A stretch of DNA of 64,000 bases from positions 3,040,001 to 3,104,000 of the forward strand of contig OY762897.2 of NCBI GenBank assembly GCA_963666515.2, given 5' to 3'. Below the pieces are notes generated by a model that ran no database searches, was not told where the DNA came from, and saw only the letters and a program-made list of their open reading frames with translations. Positions within the stretch are counted from its first letter, which is position 1. Each line of letters begins with the position of its first letter. This DNA comes from Candidatus Binatia bacterium (GTDB lineage Bacteria; Desulfobacterota; Binatia; UBA9968; JAJDTQ01). Made by a program: the position numbers and the translations under genes. Shown here in pieces: positions 17,483 to 27,235 of this stretch.

Positions 17483-20400
17483 TGGACAAACCGTTCAAAT
17501 ACGTGGAGCGCACCTGCACCGAAGTTACGGAGAATCCTGGTGGCGCGGACCGAACCGAAGATCGGACCGAATCCAGACCTCTTTCGCACTACCGCGATCA
17601 GGGTGCCTACGTACTGTTGGGAGCGCCCGGTGCCGGCAAGACGGAGGCGTTCAGGCATGAAGCCGGAGAGCGAGGATTCTGTGACGCGCGAGATTTCACG
17701 ACGTTGCGCCACGAGCGCTGGTCGAACGTGACCACCCTCTTCATCGACGGTCTGGACGAAATGCGGGCCGGAACGACCGACGGGCGAACCCCGCTCAACG
17801 CGATTCTATGGAATCTGGACCAGTTGAGGGGTCGCCGATTCCGATTGTCCTGCCGTGAAGCCGATTGGTTCGGCGCGGCTGACCGGAAGCGCCTCAATTC
17901 GGTATCGCCCGACGGCGTTGTCAAAGTCTTACGGCTGGATCCGTTGACCGACGAAGACATCCGAACGATCCTGGACACCTATCCCCAAATTGACGATGCC
18001 GATGAGTTCGTCGCCCAGGCCCATGGCAGAGGTCTGGACAGCCTGCTCAACAACCCTAAATGCCTTGAGATGCTAGTGCGAGCGGTCTCGGCGCAGCACG
18101 ACGGCGCGTGGCCGGATACACGGACCGAGGCATTCGACCTTGCCTGTCGAGCACTCGTTCAGGAACACAACGACGAGCACAATCTCGCGGAACGGGACCA
18201 TCGCGACATCTCCGGTCTGCTCGATACGGCGGGACGGCTATGCGTCGTTCAACTGCTGACCGGCAGCGCAGGATACCACAGGATCGGCAACCAACCAGCA
18301 ACCGACTACATCGCGTTGTATAACCTTCCGAATGCGAACACTCTTCGCGTCGAACTTGGCAGCAAGCTCTTCCGGTCGCCAGCCGATGATCGCGTGGTCC
18401 CGGTCCACAGGCACGTCGCCGAGTTTCTCGCCGGGCGCTACCTTTCCAGACTCATCGACGACGGTCTCCCCGTGCAACGAGTGCTCGCCCTCGTGACTGG
18501 AGAGGACGGCCGCACGGTCTCAGCGCTACGGGGCTTGGCGGCTTGGTTTGCCGCCCACTGCAAGGCCGCCCGCCAGGAGATCGTCGAACGGGATCCACTC
18601 GGCGCTATCCTTTACGGTGACGTCAGGAGTTTCTCCGTGGAGGAGAAAAGCTTCCTGCTGACGTGCCTGGAACAAAGCGCCGCGCGCGACCCGCGGTTGT
18701 TCGGAGCCATGCTTGATCTGGATTCTCGATGGGAGGACCTTGCCACCCCCGACATGGAAAAGACGTTTAGGGATATCTTGACAGCACCGCAAGGAAGCCA
18801 AGGAGAACAGACGGTGGTGTTGGCGGTGCTTCAATCGCTTCAGCGTGGCTCGACTATTTCCCACCTGACGTCCATGTTGCTGGACATCGCCAGAAACGGA
18901 GCGTGCTGGTCCCAAGTGAGAGACACCGCGCTCACAGCCTACATCCGACAATCGGACGACCCGGACAAGCGGGATCGTGAATTGAAAGCACTGTTAACCG
19001 AGGTTCATGAGGGCTCCGTATCCGATCCTGACGACCAACTGCTTGGGTACTTGCTGAGGGAACTCTATCCACGAACAGTGCCGTCGGCAGAAGTGTGCCG
19101 CTACTTGCGGGAACCGAGGATGGAGAGCCTCATAGGATGGTACTCGTTTTTCTGGGAGGAAGATGTTGCGGAACAATCGACGGACCACCAACTGGCCGAG
19201 GTGCTCGACTCTCTCGTGGAAACCTATCGTGAGCGGGGATGGACAGGCGACGCCAGCGGGGCATTGTCTTACTGGTTGCGCACAATCCCGGCTAATCTTC
19301 TGGCCGCTTTCATGGAGCGATCACCTGAGGTTGACAACGAGAGATTGTTTGCCTGGCTCGGCTTGACAGCGCAGTACACCAGTGCAGACCACAGGGTCAA
19401 CAACTGGCTTAGCGATAATCCAGATTCCTGCAAGCAATTGGTCCGTCTAGCTGCGGATCGCTATCCCGACCCATCCCAACTTGATCACGAAATTTTCATC
19501 CGCCTGCTCTACGCCGTTGAGCCGCCAGACTTCGGTGCATGGTGCCTCGCCCAAGCGGCAAAAACGGAAACGAACACGGAGGCGGCGAAGGAGTTTTTCC
19601 TGCGCCAAGTCATCGCCCGGCAAGATCAAGAAGGAATCTCCGACGAAGTCGTGGAACACCGTTTGGCCCATGAACCAAGCCTCGTGGCGCAGCACAAGGA
19701 GCAGCGACAAAACCGCGAACACGAAACGTCCAGGATCACGTCCAAGCGAACTGAACTGGAACAGCGGCGAGAGACCGAAGCAAGACAACGGCGGAGGGAA
19801 TGGCGCGACTTGGTCAAGGTTCACGAATTCGAATTGCAAGAGAACCGGGCAGCCCCTGTGCTCTTGCACCGCTTGGCGTCTGTCTACATCGGACAGTTTG
19901 TCGACGTACAGGGTCCCGCAGGGCAGTCTCGCCTTTACAACCTCTTGGGTGACGACGATCTAGTTGAACTGGTCATCGAGGCGTTTCGTGCCTCTACCAC
20001 GCGAGCGGATTTGCCCGACGCAACCGAGATCTTTCGTCTCGCAGACGATCAGAAACATCATTTCCTGATGTTGCCGTTCCTGGTGGGCCTCAATGAGATA
20101 CCCTCATCTCGTCCCGGCAAGGCTCCGCTGGACGAACAGGGAATGCGCCGCGCGCTGGCGTTTCGCTTCAATGCGCCTGACTTCTGGAACCAGGAACCAG
20201 AGTGGTACCGGGCCGTACTGAAGTCCCGCCCCGAGCTTGTTGCCGACATCCTGGTTCGAGCCGTTCGCGCCGATCTGCGACGGGGTGCGAATTCAGGTCT
20301 CGGTCTTCATGAACTGAGTCACGACAACAACTACTTACCGGTTGCGGAAATTGCAGTGACGCCGCTGCTGGAATCCTTCCCAACCCGTCTCAAGGTCGGG

Positions 20401-21588
20401 CAACTGCACGTATTGAAGGTGTTGCTCCAGGTCGCGTCTCGTCAAATCAACCGCCACGACCTATTGAGGATTGTTGAGAGCAAACTGGCCCTTCGCAGCA
20501 TGGACGTCGCACAGCAAATGTACTGGACTTGTGCGGGTCTGCTCTTGAAACCAGCACTCTTCACTGACCGGTTGCGGAAGAAACTGGCCGGTCGAGGCCA
20601 CGAACGTCGTGTCAGACACATTGCGGAGTTCCTTTACGACCGCAACAACTCCTCCATTGAGGAGCTCAGCGTTCCGGTCGTTCCGTCAATAGAGGCACTT
20701 GACGTCCCCGCGCTGGAACTCCTAATCAAGTCCCTCGGCAACTCTTACTGGCCTTATGGTTGGGCTGACGACAATACTGCGGTGGCACAAACCACGACTC
20801 ACAAGAATACGGACCATACAAGTTTCGTTGTTGACGGGCTCATCAACACCTTGGCTTCAGAGACCTCCCACGACGCTACGAAAGTGCTCGAACGCCTGTC
20901 CGCAGACGCCACGCTACGGCCTTGGCGTTTCACGCTACAGGACGCGTTGAGCCGGCAACGCGAAGTGCGCCGGGAAGCCGACTTCCGCCACCCGACTGTC
21001 GAACAGGTGCAGGAGACCCTCGACAACCGCCGGCCCGCCAATGTCGCGGATCTGGCGGCGCTCGCCATGGATGTTCTGGACGATTTGGCAAGGAACATAC
21101 GCCACGGGAACACTTCGGATTGGCGGCAGTACTGGAACGTGGATTCGTACAATCGTGCGCAGGACCCAAAGCCGGAGGACGCCTGCCGCGATGCGCTACT
21201 TTCTGACCTGAAGGCACGACTCGCTCCCTTAGGCGTCGACGCCCAGCCCGAAGGTACTTACGCCGACGACAAGAGAGCGGACATTCGCGTCTCGTGCGAC
21301 GGATTCAACGTGCCGATCGAGATCAAGAAGAGCACCCACGACGATCTGTGGAGGTCCATCCGCGACCAACTGATCGCCAAGTACACACGCGATCCGGACT
21401 GCGACGGTCACGGCATCTACCTCGTCTTCTGGTTCGACCGCAACCCGTGCAAACGCCCGCCAACCGGGCCGGTGCCGGAGACTCCTGACGCTCTGCGCGG
21501 CCAACTGCTCGCAACGGCTAACTTCTCCACTGAGGAACGCCAGAAGATTTCCATCGTCGTCATCGACGTGTCCAACCCAGAGCGCTAG
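17482..21588 (+). CDS. Large STAND/NACHT-like NTPase with a C-terminal PD-(D/E)xK-like domain
   Basis: LLGAPGAGKT, LFIDGLDE, LSCR, NNPKCL and HRHVAEFLAG motifs; long helical middle region; C-terminal RADIRV..VPIEIKK. TAATG overlap with the upstream gene. Confidence 0.85.
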   Translation: MDKPFKYVERTCTEVTENPGGADRTEDRTESRPLSHYRDQGAYVLLGAPGAGKTEAFRHEAGERGFCDARDFTTLRHERWSNVTTLFIDGLDEMRAGTTDGRTPLNAILWNLDQLRGRRFRLSCREADWFGAADRKRLNSVSPDGVVKVLRLDPLTDEDIRTILDTYPQIDDADEFVAQAHGRGLDSLLNNPKCLEMLVRAVSAQHDGAWPDTRTEAFDLACRALVQEHNDEHNLAERDHRDISGLLDTAGRLCVVQLLTGSAGYHRIGNQPATDYIALYNLPNANTLRVELGSKLFRSPADDRVVPVHRHVAEFLAGRYLSRLIDDGLPVQRVLALVTGEDGRTVSALRGLAAWFAAHCKAARQEIVERDPLGAILYGDVRSFSVEEKSFLLTCLEQSAARDPRLFGAMLDLDSRWEDLATPDMEKTFRDILTAPQGSQGEQTVVLAVLQSLQRGSTISHLTSMLLDIARNGACWSQVRDTALTAYIRQSDDPDKRDRELKALLTEVHEGSVSDPDDQLLGYLLRELYPRTVPSAEVCRYLREPRMESLIGWYSFFWEEDVAEQSTDHQLAEVLDSLVETYRERGWTGDASGALSYWLRTIPANLLAAFMERSPEVDNERLFAWLGLTAQYTSADHRVNNWLSDNPDSCKQLVRLAADRYPDPSQLDHEIFIRLLYAVEPPDFGAWCLAQAAKTETNTEAAKEFFLRQVIARQDQEGISDEVVEHRLAHEPSLVAQHKEQRQNREHETSRITSKRTELEQRRETEARQRRREWRDLVKVHEFELQENRAAPVLLHRLASVYIGQFVDVQGPAGQSRLYNLLGDDDLVELVIEAFRASTTRADLPDATEIFRLADDQKHHFLMLPFLVGLNEIPSSRPGKAPLDEQGMRRALAFRFNAPDFWNQEPEWYRAVLKSRPELVADILVRAVRADLRRGANSGLGLHELSHDNNYLPVAEIAVTPLLESFPTRLKVGQLHVLKVLLQVASRQINRHDLLRIVESKLALRSMDVAQQMYWTCAGLLLKPALFTDRLRKKLAGRGHERRVRHIAEFLYDRNNSSIEELSVPVVPSIEALDVPALELLIKSLGNSYWPYGWADDNTAVAQTTTHKNTDHTSFVVDGLINTLASETSHDATKVLERLSADATLRPWRFTLQDALSRQREVRREADFRHPTVEQVQETLDNRRPANVADLAALAMDVLDDLARNIRHGNTSDWRQYWNVDSYNRAQDPKPEDACRDALLSDLKARLAPLGVDAQPEGTYADDKRADIRVSCDGFNVPIEIKKSTHDDLWRSIRDQLIAKYTRDPDCDGHGIYLVFWFDRNPCKRPPTGPVPETPDALRGQLLATANFSTEERQKISIVVIDVSNPER

Positions 21589-21624
21589 GCTGGCGCCTTG
21601 GCGTCCTATTCGGGAAGACTTAGA

Positions 21625-21653
21625 TTGACAGCATTTAGATAAACTGCTAGCAT
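21625..21653 (+). promoter_or_regulatory. Sigma70 promoter overlapped by FitA-type operator half-sites
   Basis: TTGACA-17 nt-TAGCAT with an extended TG, overlapping TGACAGCA-N11-TGCTAGCA. Confidence 0.7.
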
Positions 21654-21683
21654 TCATGCCGGTCAAGAGGATGGGAGGGGCGC

Positions 21684-21941
21684 ATGGCGAGTTTGAGCAT
21701 ACGTCGCCTGGACGATGAAATCGTGATGCGGCTGAAGATTCGCGCGCAACGTGAGAAGGCGTCGCTGGAGGAGACCGTGCGGCGCATCCTTCGCACGGCG
21801 GTCGTGGACGAAGAGCCGGTGGGTACGATGATTCGCCGGATCGTGGGAAATGACGGCTACGACCTTGAACTGCCCGAACGCGAATTCGACGAAGCCATCG
21901 ACTTCACGTCGGCCGACTACGGCCGTGACGACTCCCAATGA
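21684..21941 (+). CDS. FitA/VapB-like ribbon-helix-helix antitoxin
   Basis: MASLSIRRLDDEIVMRLKIRA...SLEETVRRIL RHH signature; ATGA overlap with the PIN toxin. Confidence 0.9.
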   Translation: MASLSIRRLDDEIVMRLKIRAQREKASLEETVRRILRTAVVDEEPVGTMIRRIVGNDGYDLELPEREFDEAIDFTSADYGRDDSQ

Positions 21942-22348
21942 TTCTGCTGGACACCAATGTCGTATCGGAAAGCATGCGCGTGGAACCGGACAGGCGCATC
22001 ATCCAGTGGTTGGATCGGCAGCCTACATCCGGGTTGTTCATTTCCGCCATCACCGTAGACGAAATCACCTTCGGAATTGCGATACTGCCATCCGGACGAA
22101 GGCGCAGGCGGTTGGCCGATGTGTTCGCACGAATCATGGATGTCTTTGCGGAGCGAACCCTGTCGTTCGACGCCGCGGCGGCTGCCGAAAGCGCGAAGTT
22201 TCGGGCGCAACGGCGCCTGAATGGCAAACCCATGAGCCTTCCCGATTCGCAAATCGCGGGCGTGGCCAAAAGCAACGGTTTTGCCTTGGCGACGCTGGAC
22301 ATCCAGGACTTCCAGGGAATCGACCTCACGGTGCTGGAGCCACGTTGA
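21938..22348 (+). CDS. vapC: VapC/FitB PIN-domain toxin
   Basis: MILLDTNVVSE, EITFG, DSQIAG and LATLDIQDF PIN motifs. Confidence 0.92.
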   Translation: MILLDTNVVSESMRVEPDRRIIQWLDRQPTSGLFISAITVDEITFGIAILPSGRRRRRLADVFARIMDVFAERTLSFDAAAAAESAKFRAQRRLNGKPMSLPDSQIAGVAKSNGFALATLDIQDFQGIDLTVLEPR

Positions 22349-22400
22349 GTCCGCTCATCGACGTGTCGAAGCCTGGGCCGCAATCTGATAGCCTGCTCTC

Positions 22401-24737
22401 ATGACCGAGAAGATCCGCACCTACTGCGCCATGAGCAAGTCCCGGTGCGGGGTGGTGGCGACGGTGGAGGACGGGCGCTTCGTGCGGCTGGAGCCGGACG
22501 CGGACCATCCCAACCGGGGCATCTGCATCAAGGGGCAGGCGGCGCCGGAGCTGGTGTACGACCCGGAGCGGCTGCGTTATCCGTTGCGGCGCACGACTCC
22601 CAAGAGCGACCCTGACCCGCGCTGGGAGAGGGTGGGCTGGGACGAGGCCATGGGGGAGATCGCGGAGCGGCTGGGAGCGCTACGGGACCGCTACGGCGCG
22701 GAGTCGGTGTTCTTCTACCGGGGTGCGTCGGGCGGGAGCGCGTCCGCGGAGTACGAACCGTGGCTGATCCGTTTCGCCAGCCTGTTCGGAAGCCCCAACA
22801 CGGTGTCCACCGGGCACATCTGCAGTTGGCACAAGGACAACGGGTCCCGTTACACGTACGGAACCGGCATTCCGAATCCCGACTTCGAGAACACGGCCTG
22901 CATCCTGCTGTGGGGACACAACCCCAACGCCTCCTGGCCCACCCAGGCCATCCGCATTGCCGCGGCGCGCAAGCGCAGCGCCCGGCTCATCGTCATCGAC
23001 CCGCGGGCGATCCCGCTGGCGCGGAAGGCGGACCTCTGGCTCAAGGTGCGTCCGGGCACCGACGGGCTGCTGGCGTTGAGCTTCCTCAACGTGATGCTCG
23101 CGGAGAAGCTGTACGACGAGGACTTCGTGCGCGACTGGACCAATGCGCGGCTGCTGGTGCGGGAAGGCACGGGAGAGGTGCTGACCCAGGACATGGTGAC
23201 ACGCGGAGGGTCCCCGAAACGGTACGGCTTCCGTAACGCCGATGAAAACGAGGTGGCGTTCCATGACGCCGCGAACCCGCAGCCGGTTTCCCATCCGGCC
23301 CTCGAAGGCGCCTTCGAGATCGCGTTTGCGAACGGAGCGGTCGAGCGGGTCACGCCGGTGTTCGAGCTGCTGAAACGTCACCTGAGCCAGTACACGCCCG
23401 AAGCGACCGCTGCCACCACCGGGATCGATCCGGACCTCGCCCGCCGCGCGGTGCGCCTGTTCTGCGCCACGCCGCCGGCCTGCTACTACAGCTACAACGG
23501 CCTGGAGCAGCACGCCAACGCCATGCAGACCAACCGCGCCGTGTGCCTGTTCTACAGCTTCACCGGCAACCTCGACCGGCCCGGCGGCAACGTCCGGTTC
23601 GCCAAGACCCCGGTCAACGGCATGGATGGACGCAAGTTCCTCTCCGCGGAGCAGGAACGGAAGCGACTCGGCCTGGATGCCCGACCCCTGGGGCCCGTGG
23701 CCACCGGCCGGGTGCAGGCATACGAAGTGTATCGTGCGGTGCTGGAGGGCAAGCCCTACGCGGTCAAGGGCTTCCTCAGCTTCGGCGGCGACATCATCAT
23801 GGCCAACGGCGACACGCTCCAGGGACGGCGCGCGCTCCAGCAGCTCGACCTGTACGTGCAGACCGACTTCTACGAGACCCCGGCCGGTCGTTACGCCGAC
23901 TTCCTCCTGCCCGCGGCGACCTCGTGGGAGGACTGGCACGTGAAGGCATCCTTCGACCAGGGGGCCGCCACCAGCACCTGGCTGCAGCACCGGGCGCCGG
24001 TGGTGGAGCCGCAGTTCGAATGCCGCTCCGACGCCGGCATCCTGTTCGACCTGGCGGGCAGGATGGGCTTCGACGAGCAGTTCTGGCGCGGCGACCGGGA
24101 AGCGGCCCTGGACGACATGCTGGCGCCCTCCGGCGTCACCGTGGCCGAGTTGAAGAAACATCCGGGCGGCTTGTCGATGCCGCGGGAGACGCGCTACCGC
24201 AAGTACCTGGAGAAGGGATTCGATACGCGCACGGGGCTGGTGGAGATCTACTCCGTCCCGTTTCAGGAGCACGGCTACGCGCCCTTGCCGGACTACACTC
24301 CGAGCGAAACCGGGTTCGGCGCCGAGGTGGTGCGGGACTACCCCTTCACCCTGACCACGGCCAAGGCCATCCACTTCTGCCACGGACAGCACCGGTCGCT
24401 GCCGTCGCTCCGGGCGAAGACGCCCGAGCCTCTGGTGGAGATCAACCCCGAGGACGCGGAGAGTCTCGGCATCCCGGCGCAGGCGCCGGTGCGCGTGGAG
24501 ACCAGGGTCGCCGCGGTTACCATGACGGCGCAACTCAATCCCGAGCTTCCCCGCAGGGTCGCCCGTGTCATGCACGGCTGGTGGCAGGGCTGTCCCGACC
24601 TCGACCTCCCCGGCTACGATCCGTTCAGCGCCGACGGCGCCAACGTCAACCTCATCATCGACAACGACGTCATCGACCCCATCACAGGATCGGTGCCGCA
24701 TCGCTCCTACCCCTGCCGGATCGGCCTCGCGGGATAG
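22401..24737 (+). CDS. Molybdopterin (bis-MGD) oxidoreductase, DMSO-reductase superfamily, cytoplasmic
   Basis: N-terminal CAMSKSRC...CIKG Fe-S motif, RLRYPLRR, GHICSW Cys ligand, ADFLLPAA and a C-terminal molydopterin-binding domain. No Tat signal. Confidence 0.92.
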   Translation: MTEKIRTYCAMSKSRCGVVATVEDGRFVRLEPDADHPNRGICIKGQAAPELVYDPERLRYPLRRTTPKSDPDPRWERVGWDEAMGEIAERLGALRDRYGAESVFFYRGASGGSASAEYEPWLIRFASLFGSPNTVSTGHICSWHKDNGSRYTYGTGIPNPDFENTACILLWGHNPNASWPTQAIRIAAARKRSARLIVIDPRAIPLARKADLWLKVRPGTDGLLALSFLNVMLAEKLYDEDFVRDWTNARLLVREGTGEVLTQDMVTRGGSPKRYGFRNADENEVAFHDAANPQPVSHPALEGAFEIAFANGAVERVTPVFELLKRHLSQYTPEATAATTGIDPDLARRAVRLFCATPPACYYSYNGLEQHANAMQTNRAVCLFYSFTGNLDRPGGNVRFAKTPVNGMDGRKFLSAEQERKRLGLDARPLGPVATGRVQAYEVYRAVLEGKPYAVKGFLSFGGDIIMANGDTLQGRRALQQLDLYVQTDFYETPAGRYADFLLPAATSWEDWHVKASFDQGAATSTWLQHRAPVVEPQFECRSDAGILFDLAGRMGFDEQFWRGDREAALDDMLAPSGVTVAELKKHPGGLSMPRETRYRKYLEKGFDTRTGLVEIYSVPFQEHGYAPLPDYTPSETGFGAEVVRDYPFTLTTAKAIHFCHGQHRSLPSLRAKTPEPLVEINPEDAESLGIPAQAPVRVETRVAAVTMTAQLNPELPRRVARVMHGWWQGCPDLDLPGYDPFSADGANVNLIIDNDVIDPITGSVPHRSYPCRIGLAG

Positions 24738-24833
24738 CGGTGGCGCCGGCAGCCATACTTTCACCGCGCGCGAACGCGCGTTAACCTGTTCCCAAGGGCA
24801 GCCTCGCACCCCTTGAAGGAAGGAGGACCTCCA

Positions 24834-25265
24834 ATGACGCCCCGAAAGACTCTGAAGACTGCGGTCGCCGCGGCTGGACTGTTCGCCCTGAGCCTGCTCG
24901 GAACCCAGTTGCTCCCGGATGCGTCCCAAGTCCACGGCCAGGAGGCGGCCAAGAGCCGGCCCGCCGTGAAGTACGTTTTCACGGTGGACTATCCCCTGGA
25001 CGGCAAGGACAAGTATATCGCCTGGGTGAAGAGCGTCGCCAAGGGCCTCACGGCTCCCGCGGAAGTGCGGCGCATCACCTCCTACGACAGCTATTTCGGC
25101 GCATCGCCGCACCGCGTCGTGGAGTTCGAGTTCGACAGCATGGAAGACGCCGGCAAATATTGGGCGAACGAGAAGGTCAAGGCCGTCTTCGAGAACGTAA
25201 CCGAGTACGGCCTCAACGGAAGACTCCAGGTATTGATATTGCGGAGCGACTACTTGCCCAAGTAG
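24834..25265 (+). CDS. Secreted dimeric alpha-beta barrel (DUF1330/EthD-like) protein
   Basis: AGGAGG RBS, signal-peptide-like N-terminus, RVVEFEFDSMEDA motif. Confidence 0.7.
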   Translation: MTPRKTLKTAVAAAGLFALSLLGTQLLPDASQVHGQEAAKSRPAVKYVFTVDYPLDGKDKYIAWVKSVAKGLTAPAEVRRITSYDSYFGASPHRVVEFEFDSMEDAGKYWANEKVKAVFENVTEYGLNGRLQVLILRSDYLPK

Positions 25266-25284
25266 CGCCCCAAATGCCGGCGGA

Positions 25285-25554
25285 TCAGAACGGCAGGCTG
25301 TGCGTCCTGGCGCTGTTGCAGGGCTTGCAACTCGGGACGACGTTGCCCTTGGTGCTCCTGCCGCCGCGTATGATGGGCACGAGATGGTCCATGGTCAACT
25401 CGCGGGCCGGAAACCGCCCGCCGCAGTGAGCGCACACCCCTTTGCCGGTCCGGTTCTTCCACCACTGGCTGTCACGCAGCTCCCGGGCCTTGCGGCGCTC
25501 GCGGCGAATGTCTTCCTCGGATACCGATACGAGGAAAGAGTCGTCCGAGGTCAT
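25285..25554 (-). CDS. Small HNH endonuclease family protein
   Basis: CAHC..TMDHLVPIIRGG..NVVPSCKPCN. Confidence 0.9.
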   Translation of the reverse strand: MTSDDSFLVSVSEEDIRRERRKARELRDSQWWKNRTGKGVCAHCGGRFPARELTMDHLVPIIRGGRSTKGNVVPSCKPCNSARTHSLPF

Positions 25555-25555
25555 G

Positions 25556-25747
25556 CTAGAGGACCTTGTTCCTGAGGGACCGGAAATAGACCGCGAAGCC
25601 CACGGCGACACCGAGGTACAGTACGCTCCGGGCCAGCGCCCAGCCTTCGCCGGCGCCGAAGTAATTCGTCAGCTCCCATCCGCTGAAGAAGATGAAGAAG
25701 GCGATGGACGTCCCGATGAGTATCCTGTGGGCGGTCATCAGTCTCAT
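25556..25747 (-). CDS. Small two-TM membrane protein
   Basis: 63 aa with two hydrophobic helices; abuts the HNH gene. Confidence 0.7.
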   Translation of the reverse strand: MRLMTAHRILIGTSIAFFIFFSGWELTNYFGAGEGWALARSVLYLGVAVGFAVYFRSLRNKVL

Positions 25748-25833
25748 GGCTCATGCCTCCCGGTACAAGTGTACCCTCATCGTCCTGTTTCTAGTAGATT
25801 TCGGGGAATTCCAACAGGCTGCAAGGAGACAAC

Positions 25834-26214
25834 ATGACCATGGAAGTGATTCAAACCAACAAGGCGCCCGCCCCCGTCGGCCCCTACGAGCAGGCCATCA
25901 GGGCCAACGGGTTCGTGTACACCGCGGGGCAGATCGGACTGGAGCCGGAGTCCGGCGAACTGGTTGCCGGCGGCGTCGAGGAACAGGCGCGCCGGGTGCT
26001 GGACAACGTCACCGCGGTCCTGGAGGCGGCCGGCACGTCCTGGGACCGGGTCGTCAAGACGACCATCTACCTGAACGACATGGCGGACTTCGGCGCGGTC
26101 AACGTCATCTACGAGGGCTACCTGGGGTCCCCCAAGCCCGCCCGCACCACGGTGGCGGTTGCCGCGCTGCCGAAAGGAGCGCTGGTGGAGGTGGACGTGG
26201 TGGCGCTGGCGTAG
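25834..26214 (+). CDS. ridA: RidA/YjgF reactive-intermediate deaminase
   Basis: APAPVGPYEQA, AGQIG, VVKTTIYL and PARTTVAVAALPKGALVEVD motifs. Confidence 0.92.
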   Translation: MTMEVIQTNKAPAPVGPYEQAIRANGFVYTAGQIGLEPESGELVAGGVEEQARRVLDNVTAVLEAAGTSWDRVVKTTIYLNDMADFGAVNVIYEGYLGSPKPARTTVAVAALPKGALVEVDVVALA

Positions 26215-26228
26215 CAGCCTGTCCCGGC

Positions 26229-27137
26229 TCATTCTTTGCCGAGCTGCGGGTCGTTCCGGTCGCCGGCGGCGATGCCCTTCTTCGGGGTGCCGTCCGGGTC
26301 GAGGTAGTCCTGCCATACGTGCGCGGCCTCGAACCCCAGCACCCTGGCTGCCTTGGTCACGTCGAGGCCGCCCCAGTGTCCTGAATAGCCCTCCCTGATC
26401 CTGGTGCCGGGGATGTATCGCCGGACCAGGTCGCCGGTGGGCTCCGGATACCGGCTGGTGGCCGCGGCGATGTTGAAGACCTCGTGTCCCGAGAGCGGCG
26501 TTTCGATGGCCAAGCGGCACGCGACCGCGGCGTCCCGGGCATCCACGTAGCTCCAGAACGTGCCCATCTTCGCCCCGGGGTCGGCCCATCGCTCCGGCAG
26601 CGTGGCGTAGGTCGGGTCGAAGTTCACGCCGCTGAACCGAAGGCTGACCACCGTGACATCGCTGTACCGCGTAACCGAGTCGGCAAGCTGCTCGCCGAAC
26701 ACCTTGGACAGCGCGTACGGGTCCTGGGGCCGGCAGGGGTACACCTCGTCCAGGGGCAGGTAGTCGGGCTCCCAAATCGTGGGAGCATAAAGGAACCCGT
26801 AGGCAGCGATGCTGGAAGCGCACACGACGCGCGGAACGCCCAGGTCCACCGCGGCCTTGAGCACGTTGTAGGTGGCGGTGACGTTATTGCCGAAGGTCTC
26901 GCAGTCGGGCGCCAGGTTGGGGGCCTGATACGCGCCGAGATGCACGACGGCGCCCGCGCCCCTGAAGGCCTCGTAGAGGTCGCCCGGGCGGCATAGGTCG
27001 CAGAGCCATGAATCGCACAGCCTGCTTGGCGGCGGCACGATGTCCAGGCTCAGCACCTCGTAACTGTGCTCGAGAAGGTGGCCGATGGCCTGCTGTCCGA
27101 GGAGGCCGCTGCCGCCGGTGACTACGACCTTTGGCAT
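26229..27137 (-). CDS. NAD-dependent epimerase/dehydratase (extended SDR)
   Basis: VVVTGGSGLLG, ASS and YALSK motifs. The ORF-track N-terminal extension is REP-derived. Confidence 0.9.
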   Translation of the reverse strand: MPKVVVTGGSGLLGQQAIGHLLEHSYEVLSLDIVPPPSRLCDSWLCDLCRPGDLYEAFRGAGAVVHLGAYQAPNLAPDCETFGNNVTATYNVLKAAVDLGVPRVVCASSIAAYGFLYAPTIWEPDYLPLDEVYPCRPQDPYALSKVFGEQLADSVTRYSDVTVVSLRFSGVNFDPTYATLPERWADPGAKMGTFWSYVDARDAAVACRLAIETPLSGHEVFNIAAATSRYPEPTGDLVRRYIPGTRIREGYSGHWGGLDVTKAARVLGFEAAHVWQDYLDPDGTPKKGIAAGDRNDPQLGKE

Positions 27138-27181
27138 CTGTGAGGTATCCACATACGAACCCGTCGGACCCCTCTCCCCGC

Positions 27182-27210
27182 CTGGATTCCGGGTCAAGCC
27201 CGGAATGACG
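27182..27210. repeat. CGTC-family REP
   Basis: ctggattccgggtcaagcccggaatgacg, identical to 35491-35519. Confidence 0.85.
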
Positions 27211-27235
27211 GACAGGAGGGAGGACCCGCGTCGCA

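Noticed and set aside
22401-24737. Specific call as acetylene hydratase or Sec-dependent formate dehydrogenase
   Set aside because: It lacks the Asp after the second Fe-S Cys position and has no in-frame UGA; the substrate cannot be assigned.
22680-25112. Long antisense or alternate-frame ORFs (e.g. 22680..25112, 8720..10219, 27248..28783, 46380..48425, 61019..63289)
   Set aside because: Shadow ORFs of well-supported genes, expected in high-GC DNA; no recognisable motifs.
25285-25554. HNH gene as a homing endonuclease or mobile element
   Set aside because: Short stand-alone HNH with host-like codon usage and no intron, terminal repeats or phage context.
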